DNA of 64,000 nt, from assembly GCA_963711945.1 (NCBI GenBank), contig CAVQGB010000001.1, positions 406,865 to 470,864 of the forward strand, written 5' to 3'. This DNA is from an uncultured Verrucomicrobiae bacterium (GTDB lineage Bacteria > Verrucomicrobiota > Verrucomicrobiia > Limisphaerales > UBA11358). A program made the position numbers and the translations under genes. Of this stretch, positions 8,876-17,501 are shown piece by piece; within the stretch, counting starts at the first letter, position 1, and the number at the start of each line of letters is the position of its first letter. Under the pieces are notes generated by a model that saw nothing but the letters and a program-made list of their open reading frames with translations, was not told the DNA's origin and did no database searches.

Positions 8876-10630
8876 TCACCGGTTCACAAATAATTCCCAC
8901 TGGCCGGCTCGCATGGCCCGGCGCAACAGATAGTCGCCATGAGTCTGCTGGAATTCTTCCACCGCGCCGACGGGGCCGACAATCCAGACGCGCTGCCCGC
9001 TTTCAAGCAATTGCACCAGCGCATTGTCATCGGGCAACAGCAGGTTGCCAAGCCGTTCACGGTTGCCCGGAAATTCAAACGGAACCTGCGTCAAATCCAT
9101 GCCGCCGAAATATGGACGGTTCGTCGCGGAAATGGCATTGCCGGCATAAAACGGCAGGCCCTGCGGCAGTTTTCCCCAGCAAATGAGGGCGTCGCCGGGC
9201 CGGTAATTTGCGCGCAGCGCGACGCCGAGCGGCTTGAGCGTCTGATTGCCCCTGAAACTCGTCTCGAACGCCGGCACTTCGGCCATGACGATCATGAAGC
9301 TGAACAGCGCCAGCCCGGCGGTAAGGCCCGCGCACTGCGCCGTTTTGAGATTTTTCGGCAGCCACAAAAGCAAAATCACGGCAACCGCCGCGGCGGACAT
9401 CTGGCAAACCATCCATGCCGACAGCGCATTGTGAAAGGCAACGACCAGCGCCACTGGCAGAACTGCCAGAAGGAACATCGGGCTGACAAGACAAAGCCGC
9501 CACGGAAGAATTATTGCCGCCGGTTTGAGTTCGCGTTCTTCGCCAAAGAATCGCCAGGCGAGAAGAACCGAAAGCGCCGGGAAAATCGGCAGAATGTAAG
9601 CCGGCAATTTCGCATGGGAGAGGCTGAACAGGACGAATGTGAAAATCGCCAAGACATTCAGCAGCAGCCAGCCGTCCCTGGAAATTGCCGATTGCCGATT
9701 GCCGATTGCCGGCTGAATTTCAGACTCTGGACTGTGGACTGTGGACTGTGGAGCGGGTGAACGCCACAGCCAGCCGAGCAGCCACGTCCATGGCAAAAGG
9801 CCGGCGGCGACAATTCCAAAAAAGTAAAACGGGCCGCCAGAACGGTTTTTGATGGTCGTGCCAAGCAGATGACCGGCAGCCTGACCGAGAACCATGTAGT
9901 GCGCCGATTCCGGCATGCGCTGGAAAACCGCCAGAAACCACGGCGCGGCCAGAACCAGGAACAGCGCAAAGCCGGCAATAAAACCGGCAAGCAGCATTTT
10001 CCCGGATGCTTCACTGCGGCGGAACAGTGCCAGGGTGACGAATGCAACCATCGGAATGGCCAGCGCAATCGGCCCCTTGGTTAGAAATCCCATCGCGATG
10101 GCTGTCCATCCGGCGAAGTGCCACGCAAAGAATTTCCCCGCCTTCCGCTGTCCGCTTTCCGCCTTTGCTTCCAGCCAGCTTCGCCAGAAAAAATACACCG
10201 CCCACGCGACGAATTGCGTCAGGAGAATGTCCGGCGTCAGCATCCGCGCCATGGCGAAGTAAAGCAGGTTGGTTTGCAGCAGAATCGCGCTCCAGAAACC
10301 GGCCCGCCGTCCACCCAGCGAGCAGCCCAGCAAAAATGCCGCCCACACGCCGCTGATGCCGGCGAGCGCGACCGGCAGCCGCGCGGCCCATTCGTTCTGG
10401 CCGAAAACCTTCATTGACGCCGCCACGAGCCAGCAGGTCATCGGCGGCTTGTCCAAATGCGGGAGATACCAGAGATGCGGCACGAGCCAGTTGCCGGTCT
10501 CGATCATTTCGCGCGCGATCTCTGAATAACGCCCCTCGTCCGGTTCGTTCAGTGAACGGCTGCCGAGCAGGAGGAAAATGGTGAACAGCGTCAGTGCCGG
10601 CAGCCCCAATTTTTGCAGGATGTTTTTCAT
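8876..10630 (-). CDS. ArnT-like family 39 glycosyltransferase (polyprenyl-phosphate sugar transferase), polytopic membrane protein
   Basis: N-terminal motif NEPDEGRYSEIAREM..WLVPHL...KPP, more than 10 TM segments and a periplasmic C-terminal domain. Confidence 0.8.
   Translation of the reverse strand: MKNILQKLGLPALTLFTIFLLLGSRSLNEPDEGRYSEIAREMIETGNWLVPHLWYLPHLDKPPMTCWLVAASMKVFGQNEWAARLPVALAGISGVWAAFLLGCSLGGRRAGFWSAILLQTNLLYFAMARMLTPDILLTQFVAWAVYFFWRSWLEAKAESGQRKAGKFFAWHFAGWTAIAMGFLTKGPIALAIPMVAFVTLALFRRSEASGKMLLAGFIAGFALFLVLAAPWFLAVFQRMPESAHYMVLGQAAGHLLGTTIKNRSGGPFYFFGIVAAGLLPWTWLLGWLWRSPAPQSTVHSPESEIQPAIGNRQSAISRDGWLLLNVLAIFTFVLFSLSHAKLPAYILPIFPALSVLLAWRFFGEERELKPAAIILPWRLCLVSPMFLLAVLPVALVVAFHNALSAWMVCQMSAAAVAVILLLWLPKNLKTAQCAGLTAGLALFSFMIVMAEVPAFETSFRGNQTLKPLGVALRANYRPGDALICWGKLPQGLPFYAGNAISATNRPYFGGMDLTQVPFEFPGNRERLGNLLLPDDNALVQLLESGQRVWIVGPVGAVEEFQQTHGDYLLRRAMRAGQWELFVNR
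9684..9749. repeat. two adjacent heptamer arrays, (ATTGCCG)x4 and (GGACTGT)x3, inside the GT39 gene
   Basis: Positions 9684-9711 and 9729-9749. They are translated as ..STVHSPESEIQPAIGNRQSAIS.. Confidence 0.95.
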
Positions 10631-11712
10631 CTCGCCGCGGCGGCATTTTCCGGACGCAAAATCACCTCGCGGCCCTTCCAGTTCTTCTCGCCGATGTGAT
10701 TCATCATCCCCAGATGGTAGCGCCAGGACATGCCGTAAAACGGATTGTGAGTCGGCCAGAACGAAATGATGTCCACGCCGATCTCCTTGCCCATCTCAAT
10801 CGCGCGCCGGATGGTTTTCGGATGGTCGTTCCAGTTGAACAGCAGATATTTCCATTCCAGAACCGGCATTTTCCACCCGCGCGCGTCGCGATAAGCCACC
10901 ATTTGCTTCATCGCATCGAACGCCTTCTCAAAACTGCCGCGCATCATGTATTTCTCACACATGGCGTCGCTGATGCCGTGGACGGAAAACTGAATATCGC
11001 TCAAATACAGCGCCGCTTCGCGTTTGGCATCGGTGTTCAACAGGACGCCGTTCGTGGAAACCCGGATGTAGGCGTCGGGATTTTTCGCGCGCAGCAGCGG
11101 CAATTCCTGGCAGATCGTCGGCGACAGAAACGGTTCGCCGAGGTTCAGGTAAAAAATCCGTTTCATGCCGAGCCGGGCGGCGAGGTCGGCCATCTGGCTC
11201 AATTCGGCGAGCGGCATCGTCTTTTTGGTGCGGATGTTCGCCGCGCCTTCGCGGGCGCAGCCAATGCAGTCCACGTTGCAAATCACGGTGTTCTCCAGCA
11301 GCATTCCGCGATACGGCAGACGCGGCTTGGGCGGCGCTTCATTCCTTTTCATCCGGCGCAAATCGCCGCAGCGCGAGCAGGTCGAAATCGGCATTTTCCC
11401 CTTTGCCAGGTCGTCGCGGAATTGTTGCGCAACCGGGCCTAAGAAGATTTCCTCGAACGAATTCTTCCGCAAATCGCCGAGATGCCCGCTGCCGTCATAA
11501 TCCTGGCAATTGCAGGAGACGGTCAAATCAGAATTGATGGTGATGTTGTATTCCGATTCACCTGAAAGCGCGACGCAATCGTATTTCCTCCCGGTGATCT
11601 TGGCGCGCAGTTCAAGCCAGCGCGACATTGTCCAGCGGAGGACATCGCTGACGCGCCAGTTAAAGCGCGTCTTCGGATTCTTGATTGCCCGCGTTGTCGG
11701 CGAAATGGCCAT
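10627..11712 (-). CDS. radical SAM enzyme with an N-terminal SPASM/twitch-like Cys cluster
   Basis: The CNVDCIGC (CX3CX2C) core is preceded by ITINSDLTVSCNCQDYDGSGHLGDLRKNSFEEIF..STCSRCGDL. The stop overlaps the GT39 start (ATGA). Confidence 0.8.
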   Translation of the reverse strand: MAISPTTRAIKNPKTRFNWRVSDVLRWTMSRWLELRAKITGRKYDCVALSGESEYNITINSDLTVSCNCQDYDGSGHLGDLRKNSFEEIFLGPVAQQFRDDLAKGKMPISTCSRCGDLRRMKRNEAPPKPRLPYRGMLLENTVICNVDCIGCAREGAANIRTKKTMPLAELSQMADLAARLGMKRIFYLNLGEPFLSPTICQELPLLRAKNPDAYIRVSTNGVLLNTDAKREAALYLSDIQFSVHGISDAMCEKYMMRGSFEKAFDAMKQMVAYRDARGWKMPVLEWKYLLFNWNDHPKTIRRAIEMGKEIGVDIISFWPTHNPFYGMSWRYHLGMMNHIGEKNWKGREVILRPENAAAAR

Positions 11713-11870
11713 GGGAAAAGGATGGCCGCGCGCGGCTAATTCAGCAAGCGAACTTGGTTGGATACGTTTGCCGGCAAAGTGTGGATGCCGTCGCCAGCCG
11801 CATCATCTTCGACGGACCGCGTTCGGCAGGGCGCTGGCAAGAGACTCCCCGCCGTCCTTGCCGGAGTTAA

Positions 11871-12185
11871 TCTGCCGGTTGAAAGACCGAATCTGCCAAC
11901 CGCCGGATGACGATTGGCACCCGCCAGATTCGATCTGCCAGTTGAAAAATGCCTTCTGTCAGTCGGAAAATGACCTCTGCCGATTGGAAAATGGCTTCTG
12001 TCACTCGCCGGATGACAATGTGCTGTTGATTTATGACCATCGTCGGTCGCCAAATGGCATCTGCCGGTTGGAAAATGACATCTGTCGGTCGCCAAATGGC
12101 CTCGTGCTGTTGATTTTTGACCATCGGCGGTCGGTTTATGGCCTCTGTCAGTCGCCTTTTCCCCGCTGTCGGTTGAAGGATGCCT
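11871..12185. repeat. strictly 21-bp phased degenerate tandem array (~15 units; consensus near TCTGYCGGTYGGAAAATGRCN)
   Basis: Units start at 11871, 11892, 11913 ... 12165. Higher-order similarity links units 7-9 with units 11-13. The array lies in a 600-bp divergent intergenic region. Confidence 0.9.
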
Positions 12186-12312
12186 GTATTCCAAGGGTTT
12201 ACGCCGATGCGACTACAAAAATAGCCTTAAATTATCAATGCGAAGCCCGCCGCCGTGCATAAAATATGAAGTTGCGGAGTGTGGTAATGAATCCGCGTTC
12301 CGCAATTCAAAA

Positions 12313-13050
12313 ATGAACACGAAACAACAAAACAAGCTAGCCATGTATCTGGCGGTGAAAAGCGTGCTCGATGCCAACAATTCCGTCTGGCAATCGTTGC
12401 AGGCCTTCGCGGATGGATACACGGACTTCACCAGCCATGTCACCCGGATCCAGACCTTGGAACTTTCCCAAGTGACGGATTCCACCGGCATCGCGCAGGA
12501 CAAAAAACAGTCCAAGGCGGCGATGGCAACGGCAGCGCAGCAAATCAGTGCGGCGGTTCACGCCTACGCTGTCAAAACCAAGAACAACACGCTGGCCAAC
12601 GAAACGGATTTTACCGTTTCCGACCTGACCGGCGAACGGGACGCGGAGGCCATCAAGGATTGCCAGAACATCCGTGACCTTGCCGCCAACAACCTCGCCA
12701 GTCTCGGCAATTACGGCGTGACGGCGGCCAGGCTGACAGCATTGCAGGCGGCCATTAACGCCTTCAAAGACATCGCCACCAAACCGCGCGACAACATCGT
12801 CACCGGCAAAACGGTGACACAGGAGTTGAGCGACGAGTTTGACACGGTGGATGTAACGCTGTCGGAAATTCTCGACGGCCTGGTTGTGCAATTCCAGGAC
12901 ACCAACGCCAAATTCGTGAGCGACTACCAGAACGCGCGAATCATCGTTGACGCCTCGGCCAGCCACGCCAGCCCGAACCAGCCGACACCCACGCCGCCAA
13001 CGACAACCACAAAACCGGCAGCACCCACGGGATTGACAACCAAGCCGTAA
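12313..13050 (+). CDS. hypothetical alpha-helical protein with a Pro/Thr-rich tail
   Basis: ATG at 12313 (MNTKQQNKLAMYLAVKSVLDANNSVW..). C-terminus PNQPTPTPPTTTTKPAAPTG. A hairpin terminator follows. Confidence 0.6.
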   Translation: MNTKQQNKLAMYLAVKSVLDANNSVWQSLQAFADGYTDFTSHVTRIQTLELSQVTDSTGIAQDKKQSKAAMATAAQQISAAVHAYAVKTKNNTLANETDFTVSDLTGERDAEAIKDCQNIRDLAANNLASLGNYGVTAARLTALQAAINAFKDIATKPRDNIVTGKTVTQELSDEFDTVDVTLSEILDGLVVQFQDTNAKFVSDYQNARIIVDASASHASPNQPTPTPPTTTTKPAAPTGLTTKP

Positions 13051-13064
13051 AAATCAGGAAACGC

Positions 13065-13100
13065 AAAGCGGCCTTCGGAAATGGAGGCCGCTTTTGATTT
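13065..13100. terminator. hairpin between convergent genes (rho-independent-like on the plus strand)
   Basis: aaagcggcc-ttcggaaatgga-ggccgcttt followed by tgatttt. Confidence 0.6.
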
Positions 13101-13391
13101 TCAGGGTTTGGAGCTACGCTTATAGCGACTGATAAACAGCGCTCCCAGCAAATTTGGGACAAAAAAAAGGAAAATAAATGGGAGCAAAAGATATGGAATT
13201 GCGCTTAAAATATAAGCTGGCGAGAGCGATGAGGGAAGGCCTTCCATGAATAGGTCAAATAGCGCATTGATGATCACGCTACTTATCAGACAGCGAATGG
13301 TCAAAGCGGCCGAGCCGCATTTTGAAAACCACCCGATTAAAATTCCCGTTGTTGCTGAAACAAGAATAACGATGAAAAAAAAGAAGAGCAT
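13101..13391 (-). CDS. small 3-TM membrane protein, candidate immunity protein
   Basis: MLFFFFIVILVSATTGILIGW.. starts 12 nt after the stop of the upstream toxin-like gene. The region is AT-rich. Confidence 0.5.
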   Translation of the reverse strand: MLFFFFIVILVSATTGILIGWFSKCGSAALTIRCLISSVIINALFDLFMEGLPSSLSPAYILSAIPYLLLPFIFLFFVPNLLGALFISRYKRSSKP

Positions 13392-13402
13392 TGAACTGCG
13401 TG

Positions 13403-14209
13403 TCAAAATTTGAATTTATTGTCTATTTTGATGTCTTGATCCCCGCCCCACAACAAGATGGGATTTGTGATTCTCAATAGAGTCTCATGTTGTTGAAAGT
13501 CAAAAATAGTTTGCCCATGGACTCGTGCTACATAAGAAGGGTAACTACCGTGCGAACCATATAAAGTTCCCTCTCTTTTGCAGAAATCGAGAGTAAAATC
13601 AAAGTAGTAAGATATATCAAATCCTGAAGGCAATACGGCAGAATGTGCGAGGCCTTTCATAAAGCCACCAACTACCGGCTTGTAAAGCATAGAGGCATCT
13701 TGTTCAAAATAGCCAAATCCGGTTACATCAAAACCCGCTACACTGGTTGCTCCAATATATTTGATAACGCTGACAACTTGACCTTTATCATTTACCGTGA
13801 GGCTATGGATCGTCTTTGCCCCTTGCTCATAGTCTGGTGGTCGTATAATGGTTGTCACTTCAAGTTGGACATTTTCAAGCCCAAGGTAATCTACTTGGGA
13901 CACCGGGTTATTTACGACGAAATCGTAGCTCAAAGTCCGCGCATCTCTGATATGTTTGGAAGCAACTTCTGGATTTTGACCGGGCAAAAGAGACGTTTCT
14001 CCGATCGGATCACGAATAACCCATCGGGCGCGTGGTTGTAGCGCTGACCCGGCAACCTGCGGCGTTGCGTTTTGAAGTGCCTGAAAGCCTGGCTCAACAA
14101 TCGGGTCGCGCGATAGCCAGCGACCTGTTGAAGGGCTGTAATAGGCAGAGGCTATTTGCGCGAACGAAAGCGCAAATAGAACAACTAGGATTGTTTTTGC
14201 AGTTTTCAT
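13403..14209 (-). CDS. secreted protein: signal peptide + terminal RHS-core motifs + unknown C-terminal (toxin-like) domain
   Basis: MKTAKTILVVLFALSFAQIASA / YYSPSTGRWLSRDPI / RWVIRDPIGE / YDFVVNNPVSQVDYLGL, followed by ~165 aa with no recognisable motif. Confidence 0.65.
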   Translation of the reverse strand: MKTAKTILVVLFALSFAQIASAYYSPSTGRWLSRDPIVEPGFQALQNATPQVAGSALQPRARWVIRDPIGETSLLPGQNPEVASKHIRDARTLSYDFVVNNPVSQVDYLGLENVQLEVTTIIRPPDYEQGAKTIHSLTVNDKGQVVSVIKYIGATSVAGFDVTGFGYFEQDASMLYKPVVGGFMKGLAHSAVLPSGFDISYYFDFTLDFCKREGTLYGSHGSYPSYVARVHGQTIFDFQQHETLLRITNPILLWGGDQDIKIDNKFKF

Positions 14210-14264
14210 GGTGTCTTGAATGGATTTCGTGGTTGAATTTGTTGCATCGGGTTCGGGTCGGCTT

Positions 14265-14396
14265 TTATCTGAACCACCTATACACTTGGTAATGATCCAG
14301 GATTTTTGATGCGATTATCACGATTAAAATTGTAATAAGAGTGCCTCCAATGAACATGGCCAAAGGATGCGGATATTTCGGTTTTTGATCTGCCAT
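14265..14396 (-). CDS. 43-aa single-TM ORF (below the ORF-track cutoff), candidate immunity protein
   Basis: MADQKPKYPHPLAMFIGGTLITILIVIIASKILDHYQVYRWFR. The ATG is at 14396, 22 nt after the stop of the upstream toxin-like gene. Confidence 0.35.
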   Translation of the reverse strand: MADQKPKYPHPLAMFIGGTLITILIVIIASKILDHYQVYRWFR

Positions 14397-14418
14397 AATG
14401 CTTGATTGGGGCTATATC

Positions 14419-15114
14419 TTAAGCCCCAGGAGGAGGCGAGCTATTGCACATTATTACATAGTTGCGTTTACAATTGCATTTATCATCAAACCATACGTGC
14501 ATATAAACCCTTCCGCCCTGCGGGCAGTGATATACAATAATGGCTATATTAGCTATGGTAAGAGCTGCTGCCCCCGGCGTTCGGCCAAAAGATTCCATAC
14601 CAGGATGATCAGCAAGATAGTTACATTCTTTCTGCCACATGCCCCAGTCAACACCCGCGATTGCGATGCCAACGATTCCCTGTAATACATAAAACCCATA
14701 AACCGGGGTTGGAACATCCATTCGACCATCCAAGTCAAAGCGATCCATCGGATCATTATGGCAAAATTGATAAACTATGAAATCGGTGTTTTGCTTAACT
14801 GGAGGCCGAAAGGCGGTCTGTTCGTCGGAAACAACCCCAAATATTCTACTGCGACTACCTCCACGAAAACTTTTTGAAATAACAATCGGAGTTGAAGTGT
14901 CTTTGGTGTCCCGAATTAACCAACGACCCGACGATTGCAAAACTGAATTGGCATTTCCCGATGGCAGGGATGCCGTTTGCAATGTTTGAAAGCCCAGCTC
15001 CCCATTTGGATCGCGTGACAACCAATGGCCAGTTGAAGGGCAATAATAGGCAGAAGCAATTTGTGCCGTCAGTAGCGCAACCAAAACAAAGATGATTGAT
15101 TTTGCAGTTTTCAT
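14419..15114 (-). CDS. paralogous secreted protein: signal peptide + RHS-core-tip motifs + a different C-terminal domain
   Basis: MKTAKSIIFVLVALLTAQIASA / YYCPSTGHWLSRDP / GRWLIRD / QFCHNDPMDRFDLDG, followed by an unrelated Cys-rich C-terminus. The ATG at 15114 overlaps the upstream stop codon. Confidence 0.65.
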   Translation of the reverse strand: MKTAKSIIFVLVALLTAQIASAYYCPSTGHWLSRDPNGELGFQTLQTASLPSGNANSVLQSSGRWLIRDTKDTSTPIVISKSFRGGSRSRIFGVVSDEQTAFRPPVKQNTDFIVYQFCHNDPMDRFDLDGRMDVPTPVYGFYVLQGIVGIAIAGVDWGMWQKECNYLADHPGMESFGRTPGAAALTIANIAIIVYHCPQGGRVYMHVWFDDKCNCKRNYVIMCNSSPPPGA

Positions 15115-16214
15115 GGCGTTCGGAATGGATTTCGAGGCATTTGTGGAAGTGGATTCGGGTCTGCGGGAACGTTGAGGTTCACCGGCCGTTGCTGTTGAGT
15201 CAAAATGACCGGACGAGCAAGCCTCTGACGCGCTTGGGCAAGCAACACCTGGTTGCCTCTCCATGCCGGCTCATATCGGTAAGCCAGATTGAAACTTGCG
15301 AGCGCGTCGCCGTGAAGTCCATGTTCGGTCTGGCACATGCCGCGAAGGGAAAGGAAAACGGACAATTCTTCCGCTGGCGTTAGCGATTTGAGATAGCCTT
15401 CTTCCTTGATTTCCTCATCGCTGATTGGAAACGGCCACTGCCGATAAACACTGTCGTCATAATGGCTCACTCCCTTGCTGGTGGCGTCCACGTCGAACTT
15501 TTCCGTCGGACTGTCCCAGCGCACAAAAAGATGCGCCCTCGTCGAGACCAGCTTCAGCGGATAGCCCAGCCGCCGTCCCAAGGCGATGTAAAGCACCGGC
15601 ATTGAACTACATGTGCCCAAATGCCGGCTGCCAATCAAACCGTGAATTAAAATGTCATTGGAGTCGGCAAAGAAATGGTCGTCCGGTGGCGGCGTATCCG
15701 ATGGTGACTCGATCAATTCCGGGTTGTAACGGACGTTGTAATCCTCATACAACACCACTCCCATCATCGCCATCTTGTAAAAGTTCGTTGAGTTGTAGAA
15801 ATAGGCCGGGTCGTCTGAATAATGATGAAAATTCCGATCAATCTCCGACTTGATGTGTTGCGCCCAAGAATCAAGCGTTCCCAAAGATTCGTTCACTTTC
15901 ATATTTTCCGCGCCGGGCAGGTCTTCGGCACAAAGCAGATTCATCCGCGCAATGTCCACTTTTTCCAAGTCGGCTGGCGCTAAGTCCAGAAGTTGTGCGA
16001 GCGTCTCCGGTTGCTTGAATGATGGAGATTGAACGGCAGGAACCGAGTTCGGCGTTTGAGGTCTTTGACGGAAATGAACCCAAACGAGAGCGCTGGTGGC
16101 AACGAGCACAACGCCGACAATTGAGAGGATTCGGGACAACTTCTTCCCATTCGCAAGGCGTGTTTCCCGATGCCTTGTTTCTTCGCGCAGCCGTTGGCGT
16201 GATTCACGGCTCAT
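15111..16214 (-). CDS. membrane-anchored transglutaminase-like/TPR (SirB1-like) protein
   Basis: One TM segment (ILSIVGVVLVATSALVWV), GTCSSMPVLYIALGRRLGYP, and a C-terminal TPR-like LSLRGMCQTEHGLHGDALASFNLAYRYEP. Confidence 0.5.
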   Translation of the reverse strand: MSRESRQRLREETRHRETRLANGKKLSRILSIVGVVLVATSALVWVHFRQRPQTPNSVPAVQSPSFKQPETLAQLLDLAPADLEKVDIARMNLLCAEDLPGAENMKVNESLGTLDSWAQHIKSEIDRNFHHYSDDPAYFYNSTNFYKMAMMGVVLYEDYNVRYNPELIESPSDTPPPDDHFFADSNDILIHGLIGSRHLGTCSSMPVLYIALGRRLGYPLKLVSTRAHLFVRWDSPTEKFDVDATSKGVSHYDDSVYRQWPFPISDEEIKEEGYLKSLTPAEELSVFLSLRGMCQTEHGLHGDALASFNLAYRYEPAWRGNQVLLAQARQRLARPVILTQQQRPVNLNVPADPNPLPQMPRNPFRTP

Positions 16215-16313
16215 GCGCCTGACTTTACCAGACGCGCTTATATTGTCAAGCGCCAGAACAATTTTGCGCAAAAACAAAAAAAAGTCGGAATTTACCAATC
16301 CCGGCGTCACCAT

Positions 16314-17441
16314 TTAATTCAGCAAGCGATACCAGTTGTCGCGCTGATGCGGCTCGTAGCCGAGGTCGGTAATCAGCCGCTTCATGTCGGCCACGGTCAT
16401 GCGGAAGGTGGTGCCGGCCTGGCTCACGACGTTCTCCTCGATCATGATGCTGCCGAGGTCGTTCGCGCCGAATTTCAACGCGATCTGGCCGATTTCCAGA
16501 CCTTGCGTGACCCACGAACTCTGGATGTTGGTGAAATTGTCGAGGTAAATCCGGCCCAGTGCCTGCGTCCGCAAATACTCGTGCGCGCCAACGGTCGGGG
16601 CCTTCAATTTCGTGTGCTCGGCCTGGAACGTCCAGCAGATGAACGCGGTGAAATTTCCCATTTCCGAATTTCCGTTTTCTGCTTTCCGCTTTAATGAAAT
16701 GTCCTGCTGCGCCCGCAGCCGCTCCAGATGTTCGATGCGGTCTTCAACCGCCTCCACGTGGCCGAACATCATCGTCGCGCTCGAAAACAGGCCAAGCCGG
16801 TGCGCCACATCCATCACTTCCAGCCAGTCATCGCTCATCGCCTTGAGCGGCGACACTTTCTGGCGCACGCGGTCCACCAGAATTTCTCCGCCGCCGCCGG
16901 GAATCGAACCGAGACCGGCGGACTTGAAATCGCCGATAATTTTCTCCAGCGGCTCGTTGAACACTTCGCGGAAATGGATGAACTCGCTGGGGCTGAAACC
17001 GTGGATGTTGACCTGCGGCCACTTGTTTTTGACGTGAGAGAGCAGATCAAGATACCACTGCTTTGTCAGTTTGGGGTGATGCCCGCCCTGCATCAAGAGT
17101 TGCGTGCCGCCGAGCGCGACTGTCTCCTCGATTTTCTTGTCCATTTCGTCCAGCGTAATGACGTAGGCGTCGTCGTCCTTTTCCACGCGATAAAACGCGC
17201 AGAACTTGCAATAGACATTGCAGACGTTCGTGTAATTCACGTTGCGGTCAACGATGTAGGTGACGATATCGTTGCCGCGTCCACCGAAATCCTTCGCCTT
17301 GGCAAGCTGGCGGCGGCGGTCGGCGAGCGCGCCAAGGTCCTCCAGCGGCAAATGATAAAGCCGCAGCGCCTCGCTCTGGTTGATGCGCTGGCCGTCCCAC
17401 ACTTTCTGTAGCAACTCGTCCAATGACGCGTCGTAAATCAC
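16314..17441 (-). CDS. mqnC: cyclic dehypoxanthinyl futalosine synthase (radical SAM, futalosine menaquinone pathway)
   Basis: Motifs YIVDRNVNYTNVCNVYCKFCAFY, GGTQLLMQGGHHP, FTAFICWTFQ and LGSIMIEENVVSQAG. Confidence 0.8.
   Translation of the reverse strand: MIYDASLDELLQKVWDGQRINQSEALRLYHLPLEDLGALADRRRQLAKAKDFGGRGNDIVTYIVDRNVNYTNVCNVYCKFCAFYRVEKDDDAYVITLDEMDKKIEETVALGGTQLLMQGGHHPKLTKQWYLDLLSHVKNKWPQVNIHGFSPSEFIHFREVFNEPLEKIIGDFKSAGLGSIPGGGGEILVDRVRQKVSPLKAMSDDWLEVMDVAHRLGLFSSATMMFGHVEAVEDRIEHLERLRAQQDISLKRKAENGNSEMGNFTAFICWTFQAEHTKLKAPTVGAHEYLRTQALGRIYLDNFTNIQSSWVTQGLEIGQIALKFGANDLGSIMIEENVVSQAGTTFRMTVADMKRLITDLGYEPHQRDNWYRLLN
16652..16694. repeat. degenerate heptamer array (NNTTTCC)x6 inside mqnC
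   Basis: The units are aatttcc catttcc gaatttcc gttttct gctttcc gctttaa. They encode SLKRKAENGNSEM, between the conserved LRAQQD and G.FTAF blocks. Confidence 0.7.
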
Positions 17442-17501
17442 GCCGGAAGCTTACCGGATTTTTTTATGAAGACAAGAAGCCACGCTGAAGCAGCGCCGCC
17501 T

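Noticed and set aside
11871-12185. The 21-bp array as a CRISPR array, or as a gene for a heptad-repeat protein (ORFs 11510-12262, 11736-12194, 11867-12124).
   Set aside because: The units are contiguous with no spacers, so it is not a CRISPR array. Three frames are open simultaneously, which is a property of a stop-free repeat rather than of a coding sequence. There is no convincing start or Shine-Dalgarno.
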